A DNA stretch of 64,000 nt from Octopus sinensis. Lineage: Eukaryota. The stretch is taken from assembly GCF_006345805.1 (NCBI RefSeq), contig NC_042998.1, forward strand, positions 91,636,001 to 91,700,000, read 5' to 3'. Both the position numbers and the translations under genes were made by a program. The notes under the pieces are model-generated. The model was not told where the DNA came from, made no database searches, and was given only the letters and a program-made list of their open reading frames with translations. Positions 38,304 through 52,065 of the stretch are shown here, piece after piece. Positions within the stretch are counted from its first letter, which is position 1, and each line of letters begins with the position of its first letter.

Positions 38304-38973
38304 GTAATTTCATTTGATCTAAAATTGCAAATATTTTCCTAGCTTCTTAAATATTAGAAGATATCAAAATATGACTAATATTTAATAAGAAATTATTTCT
38401 TTGTAATATTTATATCTATAGGATATTTGTATGAATTTCTGTAAGTACCTGTGTGTTTGTATGTGTTATGAATGTACAATATACATCATACATTAACATC
38501 TTAAGCTAGCATACATCACCTTATTCCTATACACTAACCACATTGTTTTAAACAGTCAATGATTGCTTTTACACTATTTCATCCAATGACTGCCGTTACA
38601 CATTTCTCATATAAATATTTCATAGCCTATTCCACAAACAATACCTAGAAAAATCAATAAGTACATTTTTGTTCTAGTGGTCCATGATTGTGAAATATGA
38701 AATTATATTACAAATAGATTACAATTTATCTATATTTGTGCATCAAGATGAAGAATTATGTTGTAGGTAACACTAATTATCAGAAATTAAGTTTGTCTTT
38801 AATCATTCAAATATTATTCTTATTTTGATATGGTTTATTTTGTTTTATTAGTTGTTGTTGGCTCTATTATACATTTTCCAAACATTTCTCAATATATATT
38901 TTTTTAAAAAGTGAAGTTTTTAAAAACAAAATTTGTACTTTGATAATAGTGAGTTCTTTTAAAAATATTGCAG

Positions 38974-39240
38974 AAGAACCAGTTCAGTTCCTGAAACCAC
39001 TTAAAGATATCAAAATTATGGAGAAAGAGAAAGCTGTCATGGAATGTGAAATTAACAAACCAAATAAAAAGGCAGTTTGGAAGTTTGAAAAAGAAATCTT
39101 TAGTGGTAGTGAACGAGTTGAACTTGTTGTGGATGGTTGCGTTCACAGAATGATCATTGAACCCTCTGAACTTGATGATGAAGGGGAATATACTATTGTG
39201 GTAGATGGTGTAAAGAGCTCTGCAATTCTAACGGTTGATG
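38974..39240 (+). CDS. Exon 35: distal Ig 8 (267 nt)
   Basis: ttgcag|AA...GATG|gtagg; EPVQFLKPLKDIKIMEKEKAVMECEI... Confidence 0.9.
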
Positions 39241-39974
39241 GTAGGTTATTCATATTTATATTATTTTTGTTACCTAACTTGTTACATATCTAAACAAATT
39301 ATTGATTTTCTTTTTATTGTGTATTGGTTATTTCGCTTTATATTACATATATTTGGCTTACAGCATAGTTTTGATAATTGTTAGTAGTAAGATTGCAAAG
39401 AAAATTCTTTCATTGAAAATATTTTGTCGTGTATTGTTTCATAACAGATAAACAGTATGGAAACTATTTCTTTCTCATCATTGATATTAATATTATTGTT
39501 ATGAATCAACCAGTCACTTCACTACTATCATCTTTACTACCTTCATCATCACCATCATCACCAGTACCAGTGCCACTATTTTAACAATTCATGCTACTAT
39601 GGTTAGATTGGCTTTCTTAACACTAGTTGATTAGTTCAGAAAATGAAGGTGTATAGATATATTTATATACTGTAAGCTGAATTTGTTATTGAAAAATTAA
39701 TGTTGAGGTTATAAATGCTTTCAAATGGGATTTTGAAATTATATGTCACTTTTACATTTAAAAAAATGTAATGATTTTTATTAAACACACTTTAAAATAG
39801 TGTTATAGTTTGTGAATAACATTTGTAATATCAGCAATTTAGTTAGTTTAATTTTCTTTAAATATTTTAGAAATTAAACTATGTGTAGTTTAATTTAGAT
39901 TTACTTTGGTTGTGTAACTAGTATCAAGAATCTTACTGAACAAATGCAAAAATCCAATATCTTTGATATCAGGT

Positions 39975-40370
39975 GCAGCAGGTATGGCTGTGTGATAGGA
40001 AGCTTGCTTTGCAGTCTTCAAGTTCAGTCTCACTGCACAACACCTTGGGCATTTGCCTTCTGCCTTAGCCCCAGGCCAACCAATGCTGTGGAAATGACTT
40101 TTATAGACAGAAACTGTATGGAAGCCCATCATATATATGTATACATACACATGAATGTGTGTATATCAGTGTTTTCTGTCAGCGTTTGACCTTCTCACCT
40201 CTTGACAACCAGTGTTGATTTGCTTACATCCCTGTAAGTTAGTGGTTCAGAAAAGGAGACTGACAGAATAAATACCTGACTTCAAAAAACAAGTACTGAG
40301 GTCAATTTGGTTTTAGTGCCCCATTATGGTCGCAGTTTACTGACTGAAACCAGTAACAGATAATAAAAGA
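39975..40370 (+). mobile_element. SINE-like family A, diverged, just upstream of the candidate cassette exon
   Basis: Head gtatggctgtgtg; tail cttgacaacc...tgactgaaac. Confidence 0.65.
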
Positions 40371-40567
40371 TGTCATTCACTCACACATTCTTGCAATTGA
40401 AGATTATAATTTTATTTGATTTTCTTTAAATTATTTGAACTCTAATCATAATTTATGTTGATCATTGTTTCATTAGTTTATTTGTTACCACTTTTATTTT
40501 CTAAGCACAGCAACATACAAAGAAATACAAATCACTTTGCCACAAATATCAATTGTTATTTTTTCAG

Positions 40568-41602
40568 AAGATGGTCAAGATGTTGGCCATAATAGGCACC
40601 AAAATATTGACTATCCAGTTAAAGATGATATTCAACAAAAGAAAGGCCATAGGAAAGATAATGTCAATGAGTTTGATCTAAATCATAGTGGCTATCACGT
40701 TGATCAACAAATAAGCAAATCCACTGACTTGGAGTCTAATCTTGAGGCTCAACAAAAAATTGGTAGAGAAGTTGACCAAAAGATCAGATTCAAAGTCAAG
40801 AAAGACTCTGATCAAATGGCCAGTTCTGAGGCTGAACTTACAAATGCTACAGATAGAAAAACTAGTCTCATAACTGACCAGAACTTTGATCAGAATGTTG
40901 ACAAAAAGGTCATCCCTGAAATTGATCAAGTTACTAATTTGGTTGATCAAAAGATGTCTAAAGGTTATAATAAAAAAGACCATCTTGAAATCAACCAAAC
41001 AGGTCTGTCAGAACTCTCAAAAGATACAAGTAGAAATGTTGATGCTCCTTCTGATTTTGTTAGAAGATCTGAAGAGGATGAAATGCTGAATATTTATTCA
41101 GATGAGATTGATCATAAACTTAAATCAAATAAAACTAGGATTTGTCATAAAGCTAATGATGTTACTGATTCTGACTTTTATCAAATAGAAGGTAGCAAAG
41201 CTAGTTATGACTTGAGTTCTGAAGTAAGACCTAAAGGATATTTTGAATCTGGTAATAAAGCTATTTTAAGAGATGGTGCAAATCTAGATGAGAAATTGGA
41301 TCAGAAAATACGAAAAGCAAATGAGAGAGACTATAGTTTAAAAGATACTAATAAACTTGATCAAGGGGATGACTGGCCAGTTGACAATAAAGCTAATCAA
41401 GCAGTTGAGCAACATATTAGCCATGGCATTAAAATTGATCAATTTAATGATCATAACATTGGCCAAAGTGCAGAATATGGCCAAAGTGCAGAATATGGCC
41501 AGAGTGCAGAATATGGCCAAAGTGCAGAATATGGCCAAAGAGCAGGATATGGCCAAAACAGTAATCAAGATGCCAAACATGGCTTACAATGGATTGACAA
41601 AA
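40568..41602 (+). CDS. Candidate alternative exon: 1035-nt phase 1-1 cassette encoding 345 aa of low-complexity D/Q/K/N/S-rich sequence with (GQSAEY)n
   Basis: Stop-free frame (ORF 40537..41664) in AT-rich intron DNA. The acceptor ttttttcag|AA is in the phase required by exon 35, and the candidate donor AAAA|gtatta keeps frame into exon 43224. The donor is weak, so a terminal-exon reading (stop at 41662-41664) is also possible. Confidence 0.6.
41461..41550 (+). repeat. 18-bp tandem repeat x5 (GGCCAAAGTGCAGAATAT) inside the candidate exon
   Basis: Encodes GQSAEY x4 plus GQRAGY; unit length is a multiple of 3. Confidence 0.92.
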
Positions 41603-43223
41603 GTATTATTTTCTGTTATTTTTACATTAACTTCCACTGTTTTGTATTTGATTTTCAGAAATAATTAGTATTTAAGTATCTTTATTAATAAAATAATATG
41701 TAGATACTAACCTTCATGCATTTTGATAACATTTTAACAATGTATTTGAATATCACATTGCATTGTTTCATAATTCCATCTCTTGAAATATTTTTCTTCA
41801 TATTTGTACAGTTAATTAGTTACATGTGAATTAGGAAGAGAAAGATAAACTACTTCAATTATTGTCTAAACGTATACAGCAAAACCTTTTGGATTATTTT
41901 CAACAACTGTTAATACACTATTTAACTTTACCCATGTCATCATTTCCTAAAAGTATCTTGTCAATCACCATAAATAATATAATTTGAACCTATTGCATAT
42001 ATTAAATATATTACTGGTATATATATATATATATACACAGTTGTTCCATGTTTGGCATGTTTTAAGGCAAGATTTTTTTTATCATCACTAAAAACAGAAG
42101 CAGTTTCCTTTGTTTTTCAACTGAATTTTCTTTCAGTTTTCTTCCAAATCCTCAAAACACAAGGAAGCATTAAATTCAAATAATTATTGTATTAAGATAA
42201 AAATATATGAATAAACTCTGATATAATAGATTATATAATAGGCTATAATAGATTAACATGATCAGAATAGTTTGGTGTAATGTCTGTAAAGAAGAGCAGT
42301 TATAGCACCAGCAATTCTTTTTCTTTAATTTCTGATTTGTTGTTTAATTCATTTTTGTTAGTCCTGTCAATTGAAATTTATTCTTGTTATCTGATTTTGG
42401 TTAATTTCTAGAAGCAGTATTCATGTGTATCATGTAGCTGTCCTCATTATAAATCATGGAATTTATGAGATAATGAAAATAAGGAAATGTATATGCTTGT
42501 GTATTATTAATACAACTGATCCTATGAATATCCTAAGACTGAAATATACAACCATCAATCTTTTAGTAATATTCTGGTAGATGTGCATGTTGGTATATAT
42601 TGAGAGATTCACATTCTTCAATTATATAAACTTTCTCAATAATTATTTTGACACTAAATAAAAGGAATGGAATAACCAATTGAATGTAAGGAATTATGCT
42701 TACATTGATCTATAGAATTAGTCTTTCTGTCTGTTGCTCTCTTATCCTGTCTTTCCTCCTTTCTCACTCTTTTCTCTCATTCCTTCTTCCCTCTACTCTT
42801 TTCCCTCTTTAACTTTGTCTTGCTGTCTCCCTCATACACACACACACACGCACTTATTATTCTCTCTAATTTTGTCCCTCTCTCTTGCTTTAGGAACCAC
42901 ATTAATTCTTAAAACTTAATATTATGCATGTTTCTAGTAATTTATATTATTAATTACTTTGATTATGCTGCAGAATTATTTTGTTGTCATGCTGTCATTT
43001 ATTTTATCACCAAATTCATTATCTTTATGATTCTAACAATTAATTCAACTAGACATTTTTTTTCTAGTCTGGAGATAAATATTTGAATAAGTTTAATAAA
43101 AATATTAATTTATATTTTTATTTTTAAGCATTAAAATTATAGATTCCTACTATATAGACTAAGTATTAATTACAACTTTCCCCATTAAACTTTCTAAATA
43201 TAAAATGCAATTTTATTTTTCAG

Positions 43224-43490
43224 AAGAGCCATTAGAATTTTTGAGTCCTCTAAAAGACCAAGAGGTAATGGAAAATGATGACATTCTCTTGGTATGCGAG
43301 GTATCCAAACCAAATGTGACTGGTTGTTGGATGAAAGCAGGAAAAGTTATTGAAAAGGACTCGCATTTCAATTTCACAGTTGAAGAAAAGAAACATACAC
43401 TAATTGTGCAAAAAGCACAGCTTAATGATGAAGCAAATTATGAATTCAAAATAATGAATAAATCCACAAAAGCTTTTGTAAAAGTGAAAG
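43224..43490 (+). CDS. Exon 36: distal Ig 9 (267 nt)
   Basis: tttcag|AA...AAAG|gttgg; EPLEFLSPLKDQEVMENDDILLVCEV... Confidence 0.9.
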
Positions 43491-44352
43491 GTTGGTCACT
43501 GTAACTTATTAATTAGATTTGATCTTTCTACAACACCTTTGATCATTATGTTTCTGTTGAAATACTCTGCCTTTATTACAATTAATTTTGAAAATACTGG
43601 AGAATTTAGTAAAATAACTTTATCATTACTAAGCTAGTATTTGGATCATAAACTATAAAATCTTACCAGAAGTTTATAATTTAATTTTGAAACAAGAAGT
43701 TCATGTCATAGAACCAAAGGCAGGTTGATAGCAAAATGGTTAGATCATAGCCAAGTAATTAGAATGCCTCTTAGTTGAAGCATTTCAAAATACAGATTGA
43801 GACTTCTTTTTGATTTAGTATTGTTAAACTTGTCAGATTCACTCTTACAATTTTCTATGTTGTTTCTAGTGCAAAAATTCTAATAGCGTATCTGTTGTTT
43901 TATTAGAGGATGATTAAGAAGCTATAAATAATTACATATAGAAATTGGACATAAATATACTATCATAATTAATTTTTCTATTTTTATGATAAGTAATATT
44001 TTATTTCAATCTACTGGTTTATTATTGTTTAATTAGTCTCCACAAACTGCTATTTAGTACCTTTCCCCTTTTCTGGTACTCCTAATTTTTACATTAACTT
44101 TGTTTGAAAATTGAATTATAGAATACATATTTTGTTGGAGAAGAATTGGAAATATGTATTGCACATATAAAACATATGGTACATATTTTATGTGTATTGT
44201 ACATATAAAGTATGTATCATGCACATATAAAACCATATAAAAAAATAACTGCAATAAACTTAGAGATGTATTTTCTCATAATTTAATTTTACAAAATAAA
44301 CAAAGTAAACAAGATCTGATAAGTCTGTAACAAATTCTTCATTGTTTTACAG

Positions 44353-44622
44353 AGGGTGAAGTCAAATTCATCAAAGAACTTGAAGATCAAACCGTTGAAA
44401 AGATTCCTGGTGAAGCCACTTTCACATGTGAGATAAATCGTCCTAATTTGAAAGCTCAATGGTTCTGTAAGGGCAAACCTATTACACCAAATAAAAAATA
44501 TGAAATTGTTGTTGAAGGCTGTGTGCACAAATTAATCATAAAGGGTGTGAAACCTGAAGATGTTGCTGACTATAGCATGACTGTTAAAGACAAAACTACA
44601 AAAGCTGCTCTATCTGTTGAAG
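44353..44622 (+). CDS. Exon 37: distal Ig 10 (270 nt)
   Basis: ttacag|AG...GAAG|gtaaa; GEVKFIKELEDQTVEKIPGEATFTCEI... Confidence 0.9.
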
Positions 44623-44731
44623 GTAAAATTGATATCAAATTTAATAAAATCATATTTCATGTAAAATACACTTAAATGATATTTTCCACTATGTTGATGG
44701 AAAAATAACAATGTATTTCTTCTGCTTCTAG

Positions 44732-45016
44732 TTGCTCCTGAGTACACTTTGGCTGATAAATACAAGGAAGTTATTTGTATTAAAGCTGGTGAAAGCACAT
44801 CTGTCTCAGTACCATTCTCTGGCTTTCCTATTCCGAAAGCCACTTGGCTTCATAATGATAGTGAACTTGATAAAACAAGGATGTTGGTTGACTCTTCTGC
44901 TGATGTTACCAAGATAAATTTCAAAAATGTTAAAAGGTCAGATTCTGGTGAATACAAACTCTGCTTAGAGAATTCTGCTGGAAAAGTTGATGTCACTATT
45001 ACACTAAAGGTTCTAG
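44732..45016 (+). CDS. Exon 38: Ig immediately preceding the first FN3 (285 nt)
   Basis: ttctag|TT...CTAG|gtaac; APEYTLADKYKEVICIKAGESTSVSVPFSGFPIPKATW... Confidence 0.9.
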
Positions 45017-45779
45017 GTAACTATCTAACATGTTATTTACGATATTGTTTGTGACAAAGTTTGGCAACAAGACATTTATATATATTTACTTATATATAAA
45101 AAAATGTCTTTTAATGCTTAAAATTTAATCTTCAAATACAGATTTAACTGCAATCAATGCTTTAACTTTGAAATTCTTGATTTATACAGTGATATTTGAA
45201 TTTCTAAATTGTGTGTTCATACTTTTAAGTTTCATCATATTTTGTTTGAAAAGCACTTTTATTGCCTTTAACATTAAGAAGTATATTCATTCAATATGTT
45301 GATAAAATTGTGGCAGGAAAGTTAATATTTTGAAGTGATTTAATGGCTTATATGCATTGAAAACAATTGCTATTATAATACATTACTATAGACAACACAA
45401 AATACAAATACGCTTTATTTTTTTTTGCTTTTACTTAACTAATGACTTTGTAATGCTATTGGGCAATTTATTGCATGTCTTATTGCTTATTTTTATTTAT
45501 TTACCGCAATTTTATTACACCTGAGAACGTTTTTGATCACATGTATTATTTTATAACAAAATGAATTAAGAAATATTTACTTTCATCAAAATGTATCAAT
45601 ATTCAAGTCAATGATTAAAAAAAAATAATTCATTAAAAAAAGCTTTGCAACATTAACAAATTATCTTGCATGGATTTGGTTAATTATTTAACTTATATTA
45701 TATTAGCTATTTTACATAGAAGGTTATATGACTGAATTTAGAATCTAGATATTAGTTAGATAATTGGTCTATATTTTAG

Positions 45780-46076
45780 ACAAGCCAGGTCCAGTCCGTA
45801 ACCTTCAAGTCAAAGATGTGTTGGCTGAATACATGACACTAACATGGCAAGTTCCTGAAGATAATGGAGGTAGTTCAATCACTGCTTATATTGTTGAAAA
45901 AAGAGAAGATAATCGACGAATGTGGCAAGAAGCAGGTGAATCAGTAATATTGGAACACGTTGTAGAAAATCTTCGAGAAGGAAGCAAATATCTCTTTCAA
46001 GTTGCTGCTAAAAATAAGTATGGTATTGGAGATTTCGTCGAAATTCCTGAGCCTGTTCTAGCAAGGCATCCATTTG
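45780..46076 (+). CDS. Exon 39: FN3 #1 (297 nt)
   Basis: ttttag|AC...TTTG|gtatg; KPGPVRNLQV...WQVPEDNGGSSITAY. Confidence 0.9.
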
Positions 46077-46629
46077 GTATGTAGATCAAATATATAGATA
46101 AAATTTTATCATTATTATCTCAAATATATTTTCTAATTTGCTTTGATATGCTCAGCTTATTTAACAACCTGCTTCACTAATTACACTAAAACTTATGTGT
46201 AGATAAATGTGTGTATGAATGTGTTTATGCAAATTTTTGTGTGATTTGCAAGGAGCATTCGATTCAATTTATAAAGAAAAAACATTTACTTTGATCTACT
46301 TGATTTAAATTACTGAAATATATTGTAGCTTAAGTCATTAGCAAATTAGAATATGTTAAATATCAAAACACAATTAAATATAGCTCTATGGTTCAGAAGT
46401 TTACACCTATGCAGTTTTCAATTTTATGCCACTGTGTGACACTTTGGGCTAGTGTCTTCTATGACAGTCCCAAGTTAATCAATACCTTATGAATAAAATT
46501 CGATAAATGGAGACTCTGCAGAAGACTGTTGTGTGTGAATGTATATATGTGTGTGCTTGCATGCAGATACGTATATATATTTATATATATAGATATATAT
46601 ATTTATATATATATATAGATATATATATT

Positions 46630-46670
<41 letters not shown>

Positions 46671-46840
46671 TGCATGGGTCAAAGTACTAGTGTTGATATA
46701 ATCCACAAATATTCATTGGACATACTGTGCCAGCATGGACATTGTCCAATGACTAATAATAGTAAAAGAAAAGGAAGAAAATTATTGCTATTTAAAAATA
46801 AAATACTTGTAATGAATTTTGTTGTGTCTTGGGTGAGTCA

Positions 46841-47133
46841 TTACACCAATAATAATAACACATGCATAGGTTCAATTCCACTTCTTTATTGTTAGTCAAC
46901 TAGGTAAATATTTAAGCAGCTAATTGTTTGTTAGTCAATTGTTTGTGGCTGTTCATGACCTTTTCAGTGACTTTCCCTCTTGTTCTAAGATTGCAATGGC
47001 AGAACTTTGATTAACAAACAGCCAAAAGATTGTTTTACCTGCACATTAAACAAATGATCATTGAAATATTTAACTAGTTGACTAACAGTAAAGAAGTGGA
47101 ACTGGACCTGTGCATGTGTTATTATTGGTGTAA
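46841..47133. repeat. Fold-back inverted repeat with arms of about 70 bp (MITE-like)
   Basis: 46841-46913 matches the reverse complement of 47064-47133; an inner segment tgtttgttagtcaa also pairs with ttgattaacaaaca. Confidence 0.8.
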
Positions 47134-47789
47134 TTACACTCTCAACAAAATTTGTTTCAACACAAATTCACAAGAAGAATCTTAAAAACCAATTACAAAA
47201 ACAAAGTTTGTAATGAAAATGTAGATATTATTTAAACTTGCAAATGATAATTTTTTCTTGCTATTCTCTGCTATTTTATGTCTTTAATATAATAAAATGC
47301 TTTTCATTTAACACTACAACAGGGAAATTTTAATTGTTTCTAATTTAAAAATTTTATTCAAAAACTAGCTTCACAAGTGTTATTACCTGAGCTAGTTTTA
47401 GAATCTGCACCACAGTACAATGGCAGAATTGACAGATGCATTTAAAAGCTCTAACCTGAAGCTGAGTACGGGAGAAGCTTTGCATGATTATTTTCAAGTG
47501 ATCAGTAATATACTTAATACTGCAAAGTAATGAAATACATCATTAATTATAACACTACTCATATTATTTTTAGCACTAAGCTATACTTATCTGTGGTACT
47601 CATTTTGATTAAATATGAACCAACTGTAGTGAGGATTAAATGTTTGTCAATCTCTCATAACTATCACAGTACAGTGTCTGTCGTGAAATAAGAATTGTTG
47701 ATCTTTAGAGCAGTATTTTAACAGCATTCTGACTCAGCCAGCTGCAACTCTAACAATATTACTGCAAAAATAGATAATCACAAGCAGTT

Positions 47790-48230
47790 ATAATAATAAT
47801 AATAATAATAATATTAGTAGTAGTTATAGTACTAGTAGTAGTAAGGAAATATCAACAACATTAATAATAGTAATAATAATGATAATAATAATAATAATAA
47901 TATTAATAATAATAGTAACTGTTTATTAAAAATAATGATGATACAATAATAATAATGATGATGATTATGAATATTTCATTTGCTACAGGGACATTGGATG
48001 GGGACATTAAAAGGACACTACAATTTGTGTGGGGATCTACATAAAAGATGATGGGAAAAAGGGAGAGAAGGGGAATGGAGATCAAAGTATACATGTTATA
48101 TAAAAAATATAAATAATAATATTGATTATAATGATAATTATATATAATAATAATCATGTAAATAATAATAGTAATAATAATGATAATTATAATAATAATG
48201 ATAATAATAATAATAATAATAATAATGAGT
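47790..48230. repeat. (AAT)n-rich trinucleotide tracts
   Basis: Visible at about 47790-47960 and 48110-48230. Confidence 0.9.
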
Positions 48231-48355
48231 ATTTTTAAAGTTATATCTCGGTTCTTATATTTTGAATAAGTTACAGTCTAGATGACCAAGTAATTTTGTA
48301 TACTTAAAAACTTTTCAATGATAGATGTCATAACATGTTTTCTAAAATTCTTCAG

Positions 48356-48658
48356 ATCGTCCTGATGCACCTGATGCACCAACTGTTACAGATGTATTCA
48401 AAACATCTGCAAAAGTAAGCTGGACCCCTCCAAAGGAGGATGGTGGATCACCTATTATTGGATATCATTTGGAGAAAATGTCAGATCTTAGCCCAAGGTG
48501 GATTCGTATTAACAAAGAACCAACTTCAAATCTTGATATGCTTTTGAACGATCTGGTAGAAGATTCTTCATATCAATTTAGGGTAGTTGCTGTCAATAAG
48601 GCTGGTGAAAGTGAACCCAGCAAACCATCCAGTCCTGTTAAGATGCAAGATCCTTGGC
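48356..48658 (+). CDS. Exon 40: FN3 #2 (303 nt)
   Basis: cttcag|AT...TGGC|gtgag; RPDAPDAPTVTDVFKTSAKVSWTPPKEDGGSPIIGY. Confidence 0.9.
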
Positions 48659-49083
48659 GTGAGTAAAAAAGAAATAAAGTGCATATTTTTCTCAAATATG
48701 ATATAAACCAATTTTTTTTTACTAGCCTGGCAAAGGTTACTCCTGGTTCAATGGTACCCCCTCCTTTTAAAATGATCTCACTTAAATCATTCCTCAAATT
48801 TTCATGGTAATAATTGTTCTAAAAATCAGCCTAATAATGAACAAAATTATTTTGCTAAACTCTTTTTTGTTTTCAAATTTAATTGAAGTAAAAGCAGCAT
48901 ATTGCAACAGAAATATGGTAGCCATTAGGAAATTAATGTCCAAGTTTGATATTTCTCAAGTAAAAGTAGAATAGAAATAGTATTTGTAGTATATTATTTG
49001 CTTTTTTAAAAAATATTTTTTGAATGAAACTAGATGGATTTTCTAGTATTTTAAAATAAAGTTTTCCATTTATTATATCATAA

Positions 49084-49460
49084 AAGGCGAGTTGGTAGAA
49101 ATGTTAGCACACGGGGTGAAATGCTCAGCAGTATTTCATCTGCCACTACGTTCTGAGTTCAAATTCCACCGAGGTTGATTTTGCCTTTCATCCTTTCGGG
49201 GTCGATTAAATAAGTACCAGTTACACACTGGAGTCGATGTAATCAACTTAATCCATTTGTCTGTCCTCTCTGTGTTTAGCCCCTTGTGGGTAGTAAAGAA
49301 ATAGGTATTTCATTTGTCTTTATGTTCTGAGGTCGATTTTGCCTTTCATCTTTTCGGGGTTGATAAATTAAGTACCAGTCGTGTACTGGGGTCAGTCTAA
49401 TCAACTGGCCCCCTCCCAGAAAAGTTTGGGCCTTGTGCCTAGAGTAGAAAAGATTATATC
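49084..49460 (+). mobile_element. SINE-like family B copy followed by a partial second copy
   Basis: Same sequence as 2898-3130; the ttctgag...gattttgcctttcatc block is repeated at about 49325. Confidence 0.75.
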
Positions 49461-50056
49461 GTGAAAGGGATGCAAAAGGGAACACAGTATTTCATTATGA
49501 ATATTAATATCATAGTATCTTAAATTTAAAATATTTATATTACATATAATATTTTCCAGTCAATATTTGTGATAGAAAAATTAAGTTGGCAAGTTTTAAA
49601 TATCAGTTGATGATTATCGGAATATAAGGTAATTAAAAGAGAGAAAATATGACCTTGGATGCTGGCAATAGCAATTTCAAAACTAAAGTATCCAGTTTGA
49701 ATATCTAAAACAATTGATGCTATTAAGATAGTGACGTTAATTAAATAGAAGAAAGTAAAAATTAGAAAGATATTTAGTTTCAAAAATGTATAACAAATTA
49801 AGTTAGATATACATTGAATTGTTAGAACTTTAAGTTTATTATGGTTCATGGTTTTCAATTTCAATGTACAGATTCAACTTCAAATCCAACTATTCTACCC
49901 ATTATCCCACAAAAACTGGTAAAATAAACAGCAATAATATAATTGAGAATGTATTCAATAGACCTAACCAGCATCAAAATTAACCATCTCCATTTCACAA
50001 AAGACATCTTTATTGATAGTAAGATATATTTCAAATCTGTACATTCTTCCTTTCAG

Positions 50057-50362
50057 ATAAACCTTCTAGACCTGATACACCTCTGGTTGTGGAAACAGAT
50101 GATACATCTGCACTGTTGAAATACTCACCACCTACTGATGATGGTGGTAGTCCTATATTTAATTATGTCATTGAATATCGTCTTGCTGGCTCAGTGAAAT
50201 GGACCCAAGCTAATATTGATAAAAAGGTTCCAGAACTCACCTATAGAGTACAGAAGTTGAAAAAAGGTTCAGAATATGAATTCAGAATTGCTGCTGAAAA
50301 TCGGGCTGGTGTTAGTGAATTTTCAGCACCAACAGAACTGATCAAAATTGAAAAACCAATTG
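50057..50362 (+). CDS. Exon 41: FN3 #3 (306 nt)
   Basis: tttcag|AT...ATTG|gtaat; KPSRPDTPLVV...YEFRIAAENRAG. Confidence 0.9.
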
Positions 50363-50933
50363 GTAATTATTGATTGTTTTAAATTATATGATTTTCGCAT
50401 AAGCATGTCCCATAAATAAATTTTAATTATAGGATTTAAGCACATATTTATATGTTATTAACATATTGAATCAAATTTAATTCCTTAGAAATTGTTGTAG
50501 TATGACTTACACATGTGGTTGTGTTATGAAATCCATCAACTAATTCTAAAAGAAATTTCTTGAGAAAAGAGGATAAATTATATGTAGCATCAAATATTTT
50601 CATTGAGCAAAGATACTCTAACACCAAGAAATGTAACATATTTCTTACTTCGAGAATTGGGCAATTATCTTTCCAAATGATAAAAATAGACATTGAGCAT
50701 ATTTACCATTTGATGCTGCCACAGAAATATTTTTTTAGATGTTGCTAGCTCCCAGCACGAATAGCATGTTTGTATATATGCTGTGTGTATTTATATCATT
50801 ATCATTATTGTTTTACATCCACTTTCCATACTGGCATGGGTTGGATAGACCACCATGGTCAGAGTCAACACATACTGAGGAGTGCTGCTTTACCTTTATT
50901 GGCTGGACAACCATGTGTGTGTGTATACATACA

Positions 50934-50997
<64 letters not shown>

Positions 50998-51076
50998 TGT
51001 GTGTGTGTGCATGTGGTGAGAGATAAGGCATTCACACAAATTAATGAATTCAATCCTTGTGAATTTTTGTTTACAG

Positions 51077-51191
51077 TTGGAAAACCACCCAAAATTCTGG
51101 AACCTTTAACTGATGTCACATTTGTTTCACCAAATGATGCTTCATTAGAATGTACTGTTGATCTTGGAGAACCTAAGGCTGAAATAAAATG
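51077..51191 (+). CDS. Exon 42: Ig 5' part (115 nt)
   Basis: ttacag|TT...AAATG|gtaaa; GKPPKILEPLTDVTFVSPNDASLECTV. Confidence 0.88.
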
Positions 51192-51306
51192 GTAAATATT
51201 CTGTTTAAATATTAGAAAAATTATTTGGTATAATTTTATATAGAAAATAAAAATATTTCAAATATTTGTGTTAATAAATATTTAAAACTAATTTTTCTTT
51301 AAACAG

Positions 51307-51479
51307 GTTTAAAGGTGATACTGCCATCAAAAAGAATTCTAAATATGACATGAATTATGAGGATGGTATTGCTACTCTTATTATTCATAAAACTGAACCA
51401 TCTGATACTGCTGTCTATTCATGCAAATTTTCTAATGCTCTTGGAAAATGTGAAACTAAAGGAAAACTCACCATTCACA
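51307..51479 (+). CDS. Exon 43: Ig 3' part (173 nt)
   Basis: aaacag|G...CACA|gtaag; FKGDTAIKKNSKY...DTAVYSCKFSNALGKCETKGKLTIH. Confidence 0.88.
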
Positions 51480-52065
51480 GTAAGTAAATCCAAGATTTTA
51501 TAAAATACATTATACTTTGCTGAAGTGCAAAATATCTTAAATAGAATTGAGGATGATGGGTGAAATATAGATGTAATGTAATCTTGTCAGTGACAAGGTC
51601 AGTTTGCATGATCATATTTTGATACTATATAACAAATAATATGTTTCAGTGAAGATAAATGTATACATGTAAACAAATAGAAAGCAAAGACTGAAATGTA
51701 TACATTTGTATACATGTATACAATTTATTTATATTGACTGTATTGAATCCACAGCTAAATGGTTTGGGGCTTAGTTCTGCTCAATACTTTGAGCAAGTGT
51801 CTCCTACTATAGTCGATGGCTGACCACTCCCTTATGAGTGGAATTGGTAGCCAGAAGTTATGCAGAAGCCTAGTGTATATGTGTGTATGAACGCTGTTTC
51901 AGCATGTCTTCACATTTATTATGTTTAAGCAAAGTGGTGGCATTTTTATGTTTTCTACAAACAATATGTACTGTAACTCACCAGCTTCAATGGGCTCAAC
52001 ATATAGAGACTAGAAAACAAAAATAGAATAGTTAGAGTGTTGTTAGAAAATACCTTGCAATATTT

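Noticed and set aside
41461-41550. Short regular repeats as a possible CRISPR array (also 30668-30890)
   Set aside because: They are head-to-tail tandem units with no unique spacers, in a eukaryotic intron-rich gene with no cas genes.
42722-42890. CT-rich polypyrimidine stretch with short ORF 42734..42919
   Set aside because: Low-complexity (CT)/(CA) sequence with no splice-consistent coding signal.
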